Positions 19,796 to 28,739 of a DNA stretch of 64,000 nt are shown one piece after another. A program made the position numbers and the translations under genes. Every line of letters starts with the position of its first letter. The first letter of the stretch is position 1. The stretch is from an uncultured Bacteroidales bacterium (lineage in GTDB: Bacteria; Bacteroidota; Bacteroidia; Bacteroidales; UBA10428), in contig CAWGCR010000002.1 in assembly GCA_963821135.1 (NCBI GenBank), forward strand, positions 365,841 to 429,840, read 5' to 3'. The notes under the pieces were generated by a model, which was given only the letters and a program-made list of their open reading frames with translations, made no database searches and was not told the DNA's origin.

Positions 19796-21163
19796 TTATT
19801 GTCCTTTTCTTTTTAGCCGTCTTTTCCTACCGAGATAGAACAGTCCTGCAATAACCAGCAAGCCAACAATAATTAGTACACCCAGGAATTTTACCGCACC
19901 TGCTTTTTTTGCTCTTTTCGTATCAATTTCTGCTTGTTTTTCTGCCAAAAGTTTGCGTTCTGATGCAAGCTCGTATTTAATGCTTTCAATTTCAGTACGA
20001 TGGTTTTTCAAGTCTTCCTCTAAGGCTTCTAAAAGGCTTAAGTCACTTTCACCTTTTGCTTCCATAGCTTCTTCTTTTGCACCAGGCGATTTTTTTAATG
20101 CTGATTCCTGCTCTGATAGCAATGCCTCTTCCCTCTCTAATTGCGATTTTCGCTCAAGTAAATCCGACAATTCTGTACTGCTAACAAGAGCAATTTCGTT
20201 GTCGATGGAAGCTAGTTGTTTATTTATTTTTTGCTTTTGTTTGTTCAGTTTTTGTTCAGAATCTTTCAACTCCATCTTTTCTTCCTTTAGCATGACCAGC
20301 TCGCTGTTGAGCCTTTTTATTTCACCTTGTGTAAACGAATCAATGGTTTGCTTCCGGTTAAATTCTTTGGTCATCATATCAGTAAGATTTTTTTTGAGGG
20401 TGGCGAACTCATCCAACCATATATTGTTTGCTGAAACTATTTTTGTGGCCTTTTCGATTTTATCATTCTCGTTACCGATTTCTTCCTCAATATCAGCGAT
20501 TTTAGTGTCAAGCTTTCCAATTTCATCATCTCCTGCATTTTCAATAGTCAAATCGTTTTTCTCGCGTAAATAAATATTCTTTTCATCTTCGAACAGGGTT
20601 ATTTTTTGATTGGAAAGGTTAATTTTCTTTTTGTTGATGTCTATTTCTTTTTGTTTCGTAACTTTTTGTTTTTCAATTTTATCCAGGCGTTCGTCAATTT
20701 CTTCAATTCCAGTAACCATTACTCCCTTCGCTTGTTCTTTTTGTTCTATCAATTGGCCTTCCTTTATTTCCAATTTTTCCTTTTGATCATCCAAGTTGGC
20801 TAGTTCTTTTTTCAAGACTTTCAGACTGTCTTCAATAACATAAAGCTGTTCCTTAAGCCTTGACTGTTGCTCCTGCAAATCGCTTACTTCTTCTTTTTTT
20901 AGGGTTTGCTCAAACTCGGTGATTCTCTTTTCTACATCTTCCTTCTTTTTCAGAAGTTCCGATTCCTGCTTTTGCAACGAATCTTTAGCCCTATTATAAA
21001 ATTCTTCCGTTACTTTTTGCTCTTTTTCCAGCACTTCAACTTGCTTGTCAATAAGTTTTTGAGCCTCCTTTTTGTTGTCGGGCGATGTGCAGTTAACTAA
21101 TAATAGCATAAATGCAGTTCCCAAAATTAGTTTTCTCAGGTAGTATAAATTTTTCAGATGCAT
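19796..21163 (-). CDS. Long coiled-coil protein with N-terminal signal/lipobox-like Cys and C-terminal TM anchor
   Basis: 455 aa. MLLLVNCTSP near the N-terminus. ~400 aa of heptad-rich charged sequence. C-terminal hydrophobic helix (VKFLGVLIIVGLLVIAGLFYLG) plus basic tail. Confidence 0.55.
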   Translation of the reverse strand: MHLKNLYYLRKLILGTAFMLLLVNCTSPDNKKEAQKLIDKQVEVLEKEQKVTEEFYNRAKDSLQKQESELLKKKEDVEKRITEFEQTLKKEEVSDLQEQQSRLKEQLYVIEDSLKVLKKELANLDDQKEKLEIKEGQLIEQKEQAKGVMVTGIEEIDERLDKIEKQKVTKQKEIDINKKKINLSNQKITLFEDEKNIYLREKNDLTIENAGDDEIGKLDTKIADIEEEIGNENDKIEKATKIVSANNIWLDEFATLKKNLTDMMTKEFNRKQTIDSFTQGEIKRLNSELVMLKEEKMELKDSEQKLNKQKQKINKQLASIDNEIALVSSTELSDLLERKSQLEREEALLSEQESALKKSPGAKEEAMEAKGESDLSLLEALEEDLKNHRTEIESIKYELASERKLLAEKQAEIDTKRAKKAGAVKFLGVLIIVGLLVIAGLFYLGRKRRLKRKGQ

Positions 21164-21318
21164 AATTCTATTTTTTAATTTTTTTTATAAAACTCGAATA
21201 TACTTTGTGCAAAAAACAATCCGAATGTTTAGTTTTATGAGGATCTCTCACTTAATAGTCACACAATCAGATATATAAAAGCGTTCTTATGCCTCGTGTG
21301 TTTTTTAGCCTATTGAAA

Positions 21319-21358
21319 AAAGTGTGGAATAACCAGGAAAGTGTGGAAAAATTCCCCA
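21319..21358 (+). promoter_or_regulatory. Bipartite direct-repeat/palindromic motif upstream of mlaD: AAAGTGTGGAATAAccaggaaAGTGTGGAAAAATTCCCCA
   Basis: Two TGTGGAA copies 19 bp apart. The second is embedded in the imperfect palindrome GTGGAAaaaTTCCcCA. Nearly the same 40-bp architecture recurs upstream of otsAB (56174-56214). Confidence 0.4.
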
Positions 21359-21509
21359 TCTGAAATTCTACCGAATACCTGAACAATACTCTTAAATAGC
21401 TGAATATCAGAAAATATGTGATTTTGTTAATGTATTGCACTGTATTTGCAACTCTTCATTATTGTACTAAAGATTTCAAAACAAATCAATTGCCCTTCTA
21501 AAAAGAAAA

Positions 21510-22493
21510 ATGAAAAATCGCGCACAAAAAATTAGGCTTGGTATATTTCTACTTATCAGCTTAACTGCATTGATATCAATAATAATATTTTTTACCGCCC
21601 GTGAATTTTTTGAAAAAGAGGATACTTACTATGTGTCGTATGAAGATATATCGGTTGGTGGGCTTGATATTGGAAGCCCTGTAAAATACATGGGTATTCA
21701 GGTAGGTACTATCAAAGATATCAGGATCGATCCTGAAAATGTAAATATTGTTGTAATAGAACTATCCCTAAAACCAGAAACGCCCATTAAAGAGGATGCA
21801 ATAGCAGATATCATTTCAATGGGCATAACAGGCTTAAAGGCGATAGAAATTAGTGGCGCCAGTAATAGTTCAAAATCATTGAAACCAGGGTCCTACATAA
21901 AGGCAGGGTCTTCATTTGCCGGGGAAATTACGGGTCAGGCTGAAATTATCGCGCAAAAGGCTGAAAAAGTATTGAACAACTTATTGTTGTTTACACACCC
22001 AACAAACCTTAACAAAATAACTCAATTGGCCGATAATGCCAGTAATACTATTTTAGATATGGATAGTATTCTGCTCGAGAACAGGCAGGATATCCGACAA
22101 GCAGTAGTTCCACTAAAGGATATTAGTGGTCGCCTTGACGAATCAAGCCGCTTATTACTTGCAACATTAGAAACTGTATATTTGAAAGTAAACAGCGATA
22201 CGATAAATGAAATATTTGCAAACCTGAGGGATGTTTCTGTAAAACTAAAAGAAACTGATATTAAATCGCTGGTTGACAATATTATATTAATTGCAAACCA
22301 AACTGAAGAGTTGCTCAGCAAAGTGGATAATGACCTGGAAAGGGGAGGCCAGGATTTTTCACAAAGCCTTGAATTATTGAAGTTAACGCTCGAAAATTTG
22401 AACAGAGCATCAATAAAAATTAATAACGATCCTTCTATTTTAATAAAAGGGGTAAGCTCTAAAAACACTCCTGATCATAATCTGAATAAATAA
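21510..22493 (+). CDS. mlaD: MlaD/MCE-domain protein (ABC transporter periplasmic substrate-binding component)
   Basis: N-terminal TM anchor then the MCE domain (YYVSYEDISVGGLDIGSPVKYMGIQVGTIKDIRID…). Long helical C-terminal region. Confidence 0.8.
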   Translation: MKNRAQKIRLGIFLLISLTALISIIIFFTAREFFEKEDTYYVSYEDISVGGLDIGSPVKYMGIQVGTIKDIRIDPENVNIVVIELSLKPETPIKEDAIADIISMGITGLKAIEISGASNSSKSLKPGSYIKAGSSFAGEITGQAEIIAQKAEKVLNNLLLFTHPTNLNKITQLADNASNTILDMDSILLENRQDIRQAVVPLKDISGRLDESSRLLLATLETVYLKVNSDTINEIFANLRDVSVKLKETDIKSLVDNIILIANQTEELLSKVDNDLERGGQDFSQSLELLKLTLENLNRASIKINNDPSILIKGVSSKNTPDHNLNK

Positions 22494-22496
22494 AAC

Positions 22497-23108
22497 ATGC
22501 GAAAACAAATCATTTACCCGATTATTCTTATTGTAGCTATATCCTGTGGATGCAGCAACCCAAACAAGATAATAAATAAGTATTATTTGCTTGAGAAACC
22601 AGATACCCTTCAATTTTCTGCTTTTACCAACAATCCATATCTTGATGGATATTGTGAAATAAGCCCTGTACATATTTATCCGGCGTTTAGCACTCAAAAT
22701 ATAGCAAATAGGAGCAATAATCGTGAAATTGTGTATTACAGTTATCATTTTTGGGCTCATCGCCCCGATGAATCTTTTACTTTATTGATTGAGGATTATT
22801 ATTCCCACTCTGCTGTTTTTAAGGGAGTATCGACCAGATATTGGAGGTTGAATCCTCATTACAGGTTGAGCACTATAATATACCAGTTAGAACTTGTTGA
22901 GCAAGGGAATTCGACTTCGGCGCACATATCTCTTGAATTCAGACTATCGAGAATTAGTGATAAAACAAGCCTGATAATTCACCGGGCCGATAAATCACAA
23001 ATACTTGAAATAAAAGATTTAAACTTATTTGCTGCAACAGTTGGGGAGTTGTTTTATAAGGAATTAAACACCTTCTCTGAAAAGATTATGAATTACGCGG
23101 CAAAATAA
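22497..23108 (+). CDS. Lipoprotein, probable ABC-type transport auxiliary component (PqiC/YmbA-like)
   Basis: 203 aa, lipobox (ILIVAISCGCS). Sits between mlaD and mlaE with a 3-bp gap. Confidence 0.45.
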   Translation: MRKQIIYPIILIVAISCGCSNPNKIINKYYLLEKPDTLQFSAFTNNPYLDGYCEISPVHIYPAFSTQNIANRSNNREIVYYSYHFWAHRPDESFTLLIEDYYSHSAVFKGVSTRYWRLNPHYRLSTIIYQLELVEQGNSTSAHISLEFRLSRISDKTSLIIHRADKSQILEIKDLNLFAATVGELFYKELNTFSEKIMNYAAK

Positions 23109-23118
23109 TGATTCTGTA

Positions 23119-24234
23119 TTGAAAAGAAATATCGACATAAGGACCTATAATTTCACTATTGAAGGCACAACGCTTTATTTATGTAATGCTTTATTAATAA
23201 GCAATGTAGGTGCATTTACAAAAGAATTGTTTGATAAACTAAAAGTGTTTAAATACAAGTTACTTGAAATTAATATTGACGAATTAGAGCGCATTGATAG
23301 CATTGGAGTTGCTACACTGAATTATGTAGAAAAGAAATTGGCAAAACGTAATATCGAAGTTCAAATAACTGGTGGCAATAATACTATTAAAAAGAAGTTA
23401 CTGACATTTTCACAAGAAAAATCCTTAAAAGAACACATTGTAGAAAGACCCAAATTTTTCGAAACACTGGGTGATAGCTTTTTCAGTTTTTTACATGATT
23501 ATTTAAAAAGGTTTATAACCCTTACAGCCAATATATTGTATTGGTCGGTAGTGGATATTTTTCATTCAAAAAGACAGCGCAAAGGTGAGTTCTATAACCA
23601 GGCTGTTCTTATTGGAGTGAATGCTGTTTGGATTGTTATGGCAATGTCCTTCATTATAGGACTTGTATTGGCCATACAATCTGCTTCTCAATTGCGTAAC
23701 CTGGGAGCTAACATATACATTGTCGACCTTACTGTAATTGCCATGATGAGTGAAATGGGCCCTTTAATTACGGCTATTTTAGTAGCCGGTAGAAGTGGTT
23801 CATCCATTGCTGCAGAAATTGCTACCATGAAGGTGACATCCGAAACCGATGCACTAAAAACTATGGGACTGAACCCTGTCCGCTTTATTGTAATTCCCAA
23901 AATGCATGGCAGTATTGTTACGCTGCCTTTTCTTACCATACTGGCAAATATTCTGGGAATATTCGGAGGTATGGTAGTTGCATATTTTTATCTCGATATT
24001 GGTTTTCAGGTATTTATTAACAGGATGACAGAATCGCTGTACAATCGTGATATTATAATAGGAATTGTAAAAAGCCTTGTATTTGCCTGCATTATTGTGC
24101 TTACCGGTAGTTTTTTCGGGCTTATGGTCAATAAAGGTGCCGAAGGGGTCGGAAAGGTTACTACCCAGGCTGTGGTTGTTTCTATTTCTTTGGTTTTTAT
24201 TGCAGATAGTATAATGGGTTTATTGTTTTATTAA
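23119..24234 (+). CDS. mlaE: MlaE-family ABC permease with N-terminal STAS (anti-sigma-antagonist-like) domain
   Basis: The C-terminal 260 aa carry the MlaE signature (GPLITAILVAGRSGSSIAAEIATMKVTSETDALKTMG). The N-terminal ~100 aa have a STAS pattern (…LLEINIDELERIDSIGVATLNYVEKKLAKRNIEVQITG…). TTG start per the ORF track. Confidence 0.75.
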   Translation: MKRNIDIRTYNFTIEGTTLYLCNALLISNVGAFTKELFDKLKVFKYKLLEINIDELERIDSIGVATLNYVEKKLAKRNIEVQITGGNNTIKKKLLTFSQEKSLKEHIVERPKFFETLGDSFFSFLHDYLKRFITLTANILYWSVVDIFHSKRQRKGEFYNQAVLIGVNAVWIVMAMSFIIGLVLAIQSASQLRNLGANIYIVDLTVIAMMSEMGPLITAILVAGRSGSSIAAEIATMKVTSETDALKTMGLNPVRFIVIPKMHGSIVTLPFLTILANILGIFGGMVVAYFYLDIGFQVFINRMTESLYNRDIIIGIVKSLVFACIIVLTGSFFGLMVNKGAEGVGKVTTQAVVVSISLVFIADSIMGLLFY

Positions 24235-24244
24235 TAGGATAAGC

Positions 24245-25000
24245 GTGAAGAAAATTATTCAAATAAAAAACCTTTCTGCATCCTTCGGCAATCGAGAAGT
24301 CTTGTCAGATATTAATTTTGATGTTTTCGAAAACCAGATAACTGTTATTCTGGGCATTAGTGGAGCCGGTAAATCCGTACTTTTAAAACATCTCCTGGGG
24401 CTTATAAATATCCAGGAAGGATCAGTTTCTATGTTCGACAAGAATCTCTCGGATTTAGAGGAGGAAGAGCAAAAACAACTCTATTTGAAGATAGGTGTTT
24501 TTTATCAGAACGGAGGCTTGCTCAACTCATTATCAGTTGCTGAAAACGTAGCCTTACCCCTGGAACAAAATAGTAACCTGAATGCGGAACTGATATCGCA
24601 TATTGTTAGGTCAAAGCTTAACCTGGTTAATTTGCTAGATGCTTATTATTTATATCCTTCCGAATTAAGTGGCGGCATGTTGAAAAGGGCTGCCCTGGCA
24701 AGAGCAATTGTAATGGAGCCTGAACTGATTTTTTGTGATGAACCCGGAGCAGGGCTGGATCCAATTTCCCTGGCCTCATTGGATGAATTAATACTAAATT
24801 TGCGGGAACAATTGGGCATGTCAATTGTAGTTGTTACGCACGAAGCATCCAGTATATTCAGGATTGCAGATCGGATTGTGTTTCTTGACGAGGGGAAGGT
24901 TATTTTTCAGGGGACATTGAAAGAGGCAGTGCAAGCAGACATTAAAAAAGTACAGGACTATTTCAGAATAGGCATGACTTCTCCCACCTTAATTCACTAA
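24245..25000 (+). CDS. mlaF: ABC transporter ATP-binding protein (MlaF-like)
   Basis: Walker A GISGAGKS, ABC signature LSGGMLKRAALARA, Walker B IFCDEPGAGLD. GTG start. Confidence 0.85.
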   Translation: MKKIIQIKNLSASFGNREVLSDINFDVFENQITVILGISGAGKSVLLKHLLGLINIQEGSVSMFDKNLSDLEEEEQKQLYLKIGVFYQNGGLLNSLSVAENVALPLEQNSNLNAELISHIVRSKLNLVNLLDAYYLYPSELSGGMLKRAALARAIVMEPELIFCDEPGAGLDPISLASLDELILNLREQLGMSIVVVTHEASSIFRIADRIVFLDEGKVIFQGTLKEAVQADIKKVQDYFRIGMTSPTLIH

Positions 25001-25219
25001 GGCACTAGTTATTTATATGCAATGAAACCTCGCACAACTACAAAATCTTTAAGACACAGACGGCAATTATTTTTTAGTTTTGTGAAGTTCCACCCGACAA
25101 TTATGAAATTCTGATACGCTAACAATGTACGGACGTACCGATGCGTTGAGGCAATTAGAAAAAAGAACATAAAATACCTGTAAAAGAACAGCAGGAAATA
25201 ATTAAAAAAGAATAAGAAA

Positions 25220-27658
25220 GTGACACAAATTAGTAATAAGTCAAAAACAGGTTTTGGAACTTTCGGAGGTGTTTTTGTCCCCAATATATTAACCATATTG
25301 GGGGTAATAATGTATCTCCGTACTGGTTGGGTGGTTGGAAATGCAGGTCTGTATAACACATTAATTATTGTGCTCATTGCTAATTTGATAACGCTGCTAA
25401 CTTCGTTGTCTATTAGCACTATCTCAACAAATATGAAAGTGAAGGGTGGTGGTGTGTATTACATCATTTCACGTTCTCTTGGGCTGGAAGCAGGCGGGTG
25501 TATTGGCATTCCGCTCTACCTGGCACAGGCTTTGGGTATAGGTTTGTACCTTGCAGGATTTTCCGAGGCTGTTGTTCATTTGTTTCCGGAGCTAAATCCA
25601 AAAGTATTAGGAATTGCTTCGCTGACAATGCTTACAGTGCTTGCAATGATAAGTTCGGGTATTGTTATTAAATTACAATATGTGATACTGGGTGTCATCG
25701 GACTGTCTCTTCTATCATTTTTTACTGGAAAGACACCTGATTTTAGTTCGGTTCAGATTGCAGCAAGTTATGAATCAGGGTATAACTTTTGGTCGGTTTT
25801 TGCTGTGTTTTTTCCGGCAGTGACTGGTATAATGTCAGGTGTAAGCATGAGTGGCGATTTAAAAGATGCTTCCAAAAGTATTCCGAAAGGAACACTGTAC
25901 GCTGTATTAGTAGGTTCGATTGTTTATCTTGGAATAAGTGTTTGGTTTTCAGGGATGTCTAGTCCCGAGGAGCTAAAGACCAATAATAGTATTATGATTT
26001 CATCTGCTCTTTGGGCACCTCTTATTTATGCAGGTATTTGGGGTGCTACCTTGTCATCAGCACTTGCCAACTTGCTAGCATCGCCCAGAACCCTGCAGGC
26101 TTTGGCTGCCGACAGAGTGCTTTTTAAAATTCTTGGAAAAGGTAAAAGGCAACAAAATGAACCTGTACCGGCCACCGTATTCACTTATGTTTTAGTAGGA
26201 GGTATACTTTACATTGGCGATTTAAATACGATAGCCCCGGTACTCACCATGTTTTTCCTCATAACCTATGGTTCAGTTAATTTCATCGCGTTTATGGAAG
26301 GACTAATAAACCGACCCGGATTCCGGCCATCATTTAGGGTTCACTGGATTTTTTCTTTTCTTGGTGCAGTAAGTTGTGCCTGGGTTATGTTTATCATTAA
26401 TATTTACGCCTGCTTACTTGGCTTTTTGTTTGTAATTGGTTTGTACTTTATACTAAAAAGAAGGCAAATGCAACGCAATTGGGGCGATTCACGCATTGGA
26501 ATTTGGAGTGCCATTATTCAATATTCATTGTTAAAACTGGAAAACAAAAAAAATCACCCAAAGAACTGGCGTCCTAGTATTTTGTTATTTAGTCGTGGAA
26601 AAGAACTGAATCCTTCCGTATTGAGAATTGCTGGTTTGCTTACCCGGAAAAGTGGATTTATAACAGCCGTGCGATTATATCAACCTCATGAAGTAAAATT
26701 CTCAGACCTGAAAAAGGACAAAATTGATATCAGGGAACTCATTCAGTCGAAAAGACTATCCGTTTTTCGGCGCAATATTATTGTAAATGATATTACGCAA
26801 GGGCAAATTATTACCGCTCAAACAAATGGCATCGGGGGCTTTAGACATAACACCACTATTATAGAGTGGCCACATTTTGAAAATGAAACATTGTTCAGGA
26901 AAAATAAGGAAATAAGGAATCAATTCAGTCTTATAAGGGTATACAAAGATTTAAATATCAGCACCATCCTGGTAAGTAGTAAATCCGATGAGTTAAAGGA
27001 TGCTTATGAAAATATTGATGTATGGTGGGATCCGGGTCAGGAGAACGGTAGTTTTATCTTGCTTTTGGCACACTTAATACGATTAGGTAACCGAAGGACC
27101 AATTCTATAATTACACTTAAAACAGTTGTGCTGGAAGAAAAAAGTGAAAATACCCGGCATTTATTGGAGGAACTTGTTGAAAAGTCGAGAATAGAGGCTG
27201 ATATCCATGTATTATATCCCGACTCATCAGAACAGAAAAATCTTGAAATACAGTACAAGCGTATTGCCAAAAAACGAAAAATCCGATTAAAGATTTTTAA
27301 TTTTTTTAGAAAAACGTATGATGATATAAATAAGCCTGAAGAAAATAAAGAAATATCAGGTATCAATCAGCCAGGGCCACTTCTGCGCGAAGATGAAAAA
27401 ATACTGGATGAAGATGAGGAAAGGATAAAAGAAGAAATATCATCACAGCTTGAAGAACGCGATGCATATATCATTCAAAAAAACATCCAGGAAATAATAA
27501 TTAAAAATTCACAATCGGCTGATTTGGTAATATTAGGGTTTAATATTCCCGGGGAAGATAGAGAACAAAAGTACATTGGCAAAATGAATGAACTTGTCAA
27601 TCAATTGCCGGATACCATATTGATCAATTGTCCTTTTGAGGTAAACTTGTTTGAATAA
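25220..27658 (+). CDS. SLC12/cation-chloride-cotransporter-like APC superfamily transporter with large cytoplasmic C-terminal domain
   Basis: 812 aa. The N-terminal 12-TM APC core (GTFGGVFVPNILTILGVIMYLRTGWVVGNAG) is characteristic of CCC/KCC-like amino-acid-permease relatives. ~330-aa hydrophilic C-terminal domain. Confidence 0.65.
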   Translation: MTQISNKSKTGFGTFGGVFVPNILTILGVIMYLRTGWVVGNAGLYNTLIIVLIANLITLLTSLSISTISTNMKVKGGGVYYIISRSLGLEAGGCIGIPLYLAQALGIGLYLAGFSEAVVHLFPELNPKVLGIASLTMLTVLAMISSGIVIKLQYVILGVIGLSLLSFFTGKTPDFSSVQIAASYESGYNFWSVFAVFFPAVTGIMSGVSMSGDLKDASKSIPKGTLYAVLVGSIVYLGISVWFSGMSSPEELKTNNSIMISSALWAPLIYAGIWGATLSSALANLLASPRTLQALAADRVLFKILGKGKRQQNEPVPATVFTYVLVGGILYIGDLNTIAPVLTMFFLITYGSVNFIAFMEGLINRPGFRPSFRVHWIFSFLGAVSCAWVMFIINIYACLLGFLFVIGLYFILKRRQMQRNWGDSRIGIWSAIIQYSLLKLENKKNHPKNWRPSILLFSRGKELNPSVLRIAGLLTRKSGFITAVRLYQPHEVKFSDLKKDKIDIRELIQSKRLSVFRRNIIVNDITQGQIITAQTNGIGGFRHNTTIIEWPHFENETLFRKNKEIRNQFSLIRVYKDLNISTILVSSKSDELKDAYENIDVWWDPGQENGSFILLLAHLIRLGNRRTNSIITLKTVVLEEKSENTRHLLEELVEKSRIEADIHVLYPDSSEQKNLEIQYKRIAKKRKIRLKIFNFFRKTYDDINKPEENKEISGINQPGPLLREDEKILDEDEERIKEEISSQLEERDAYIIQKNIQEIIIKNSQSADLVILGFNIPGEDREQKYIGKMNELVNQLPDTILINCPFEVNLFE

Positions 27659-27660
27659 TA

Positions 27661-27700
27661 AAATCCGCAGATAAAATTTCAATGTTTGCTGCGGATTTTA
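27661..27700. terminator. Rho-independent terminator (10-bp stem)
   Basis: AAATCCGCAGataaaatttcaatgtttgCTGCGGATTTT, immediately after the transporter stop. The A/T-flanked hairpin can act on both strands. Confidence 0.7.
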
Positions 27701-27727
27701 ACTTTTTACGGATTAGTTACTTTGTTT

Positions 27728-27889
27728 TTATGCTTCCTGAAAGTTTGATTTCAGCCATTTCTGCAACTTTTCAAAATCATTTACAGTAAGCCATTCACGG
27801 GATTTTGCAATCTCTTTGTTGAATGTTTCATCGTTGTTCGAAACATTCTCAATCACTTTCTTTTGGTGTTCAAGCATATTTCTTTCCAT
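27728..27889 (-). CDS. Possible small protein (53 aa), hypothetical
   Basis: Hand-translated: MERNMLEHQKKVIENVSNNDETFNKEIAKSREWLTVNDFEKLQKWLKSNFQEA*. It lies between the FNR-like gene and the terminator, on the same strand. Below the 60-aa cutoff of the supplied ORF track. Confidence 0.2.
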   Translation of the reverse strand: MERNMLEHQKKVIENVSNNDETFNKEIAKSREWLTVNDFEKLQKWLKSNFQEA

Positions 27890-28017
27890 ATTACTCAAAC
27901 TGTGTTTTATTGTTCTAAAAAATTAGTCCTCAATCTCAAAAGAAAGCTACCATTTTTAACAAATCGGAACATCCGATTTCAAGAATACCCCAAGGGTAAC
28001 ACCGTAGAAAACATTGC

Positions 28018-28686
28018 CTATACTTCCATGACGATTGAATTCTGGTCAGCCCCCAGTGATTTCAACTGTTTCTTTAAAGCCTCAACCATTGGTGGTGGTC
28101 CGCAAACATAAAAGTTTGTATTAAAATCAGAAATATGCTTTTGTAGAAAACCCGCATCAATCATCCCGTGCGCATAGCCTTCTGCTTTCTCATCAGACAA
28201 AATATTTATAAAGTTATTTCCAAGTAAATACTGAAACTCTTTCTCCAGAATAATATCAGATTTCGTTTTATTGGCAAAAATAAGCTGGTTACCAGAAAGT
28301 TTGTTTTGGGTTTGAAGATCTCTTAATATGGCAATAAAAGGAGTTATTCCCGCACCACCAGCAATAAATACTCCTTGGCCTTTATACTCAATAGCACCCC
28401 AGGCATCACCTATAATTAATTCATCATCGGTTTTAAGCTGATCAAATTCTTTGGTAATTCCATTATGTGAATGATATATCTTTACTGTTAGTTCAAGAAA
28501 CGGATCACTGGTTAAATTGGTGAAGGTAAAAGGTCTTTTTTCATTCTCTAATTCCGGAGTATTTATTGATACTTCCGTGGCTTGACCAGGGGTAAATGAA
28601 TATCCTTCCGGTTCTTCTATGGTAAATTTTTTCACATCATGCGTAAGCTTTTCAATTGCTTTTATTTTAACTATATTTTCTTTCAT
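28018..28686 (-). CDS. FNR-family FAD/NAD(P)-binding oxidoreductase (ferredoxin/flavodoxin reductase-like or siderophore-interacting-like)
   Basis: 222 aa. FAD-binding RPFTFT (RxYS-type) and NAD-binding GGAGITPF motifs. Confidence 0.7.
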   Translation of the reverse strand: MKENIVKIKAIEKLTHDVKKFTIEEPEGYSFTPGQATEVSINTPELENEKRPFTFTNLTSDPFLELTVKIYHSHNGITKEFDQLKTDDELIIGDAWGAIEYKGQGVFIAGGAGITPFIAILRDLQTQNKLSGNQLIFANKTKSDIILEKEFQYLLGNNFINILSDEKAEGYAHGMIDAGFLQKHISDFNTNFYVCGPPPMVEALKKQLKSLGADQNSIVMEV

Positions 28687-28739
28687 TTTAATTTTCTTTG
28701 ATTCAATAATAAATTTGATATAATTACTTCTTCTATTTT

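Noticed and set aside
25001-25219. Possible c-di-AMP (ydaO) riboswitch in the leader of the K+/Cl- cotransporter-like gene
   Set aside because: I could not find the conserved ydaO pseudo-symmetric helices or motifs by eye. Only a short palindrome is present.
25009-25419. 136-aa minus-strand ORF overlapping the transporter start
   Set aside because: Overlaps the N-terminus of a confidently identified 812-aa transporter and the leader region. The translation is low-complexity.
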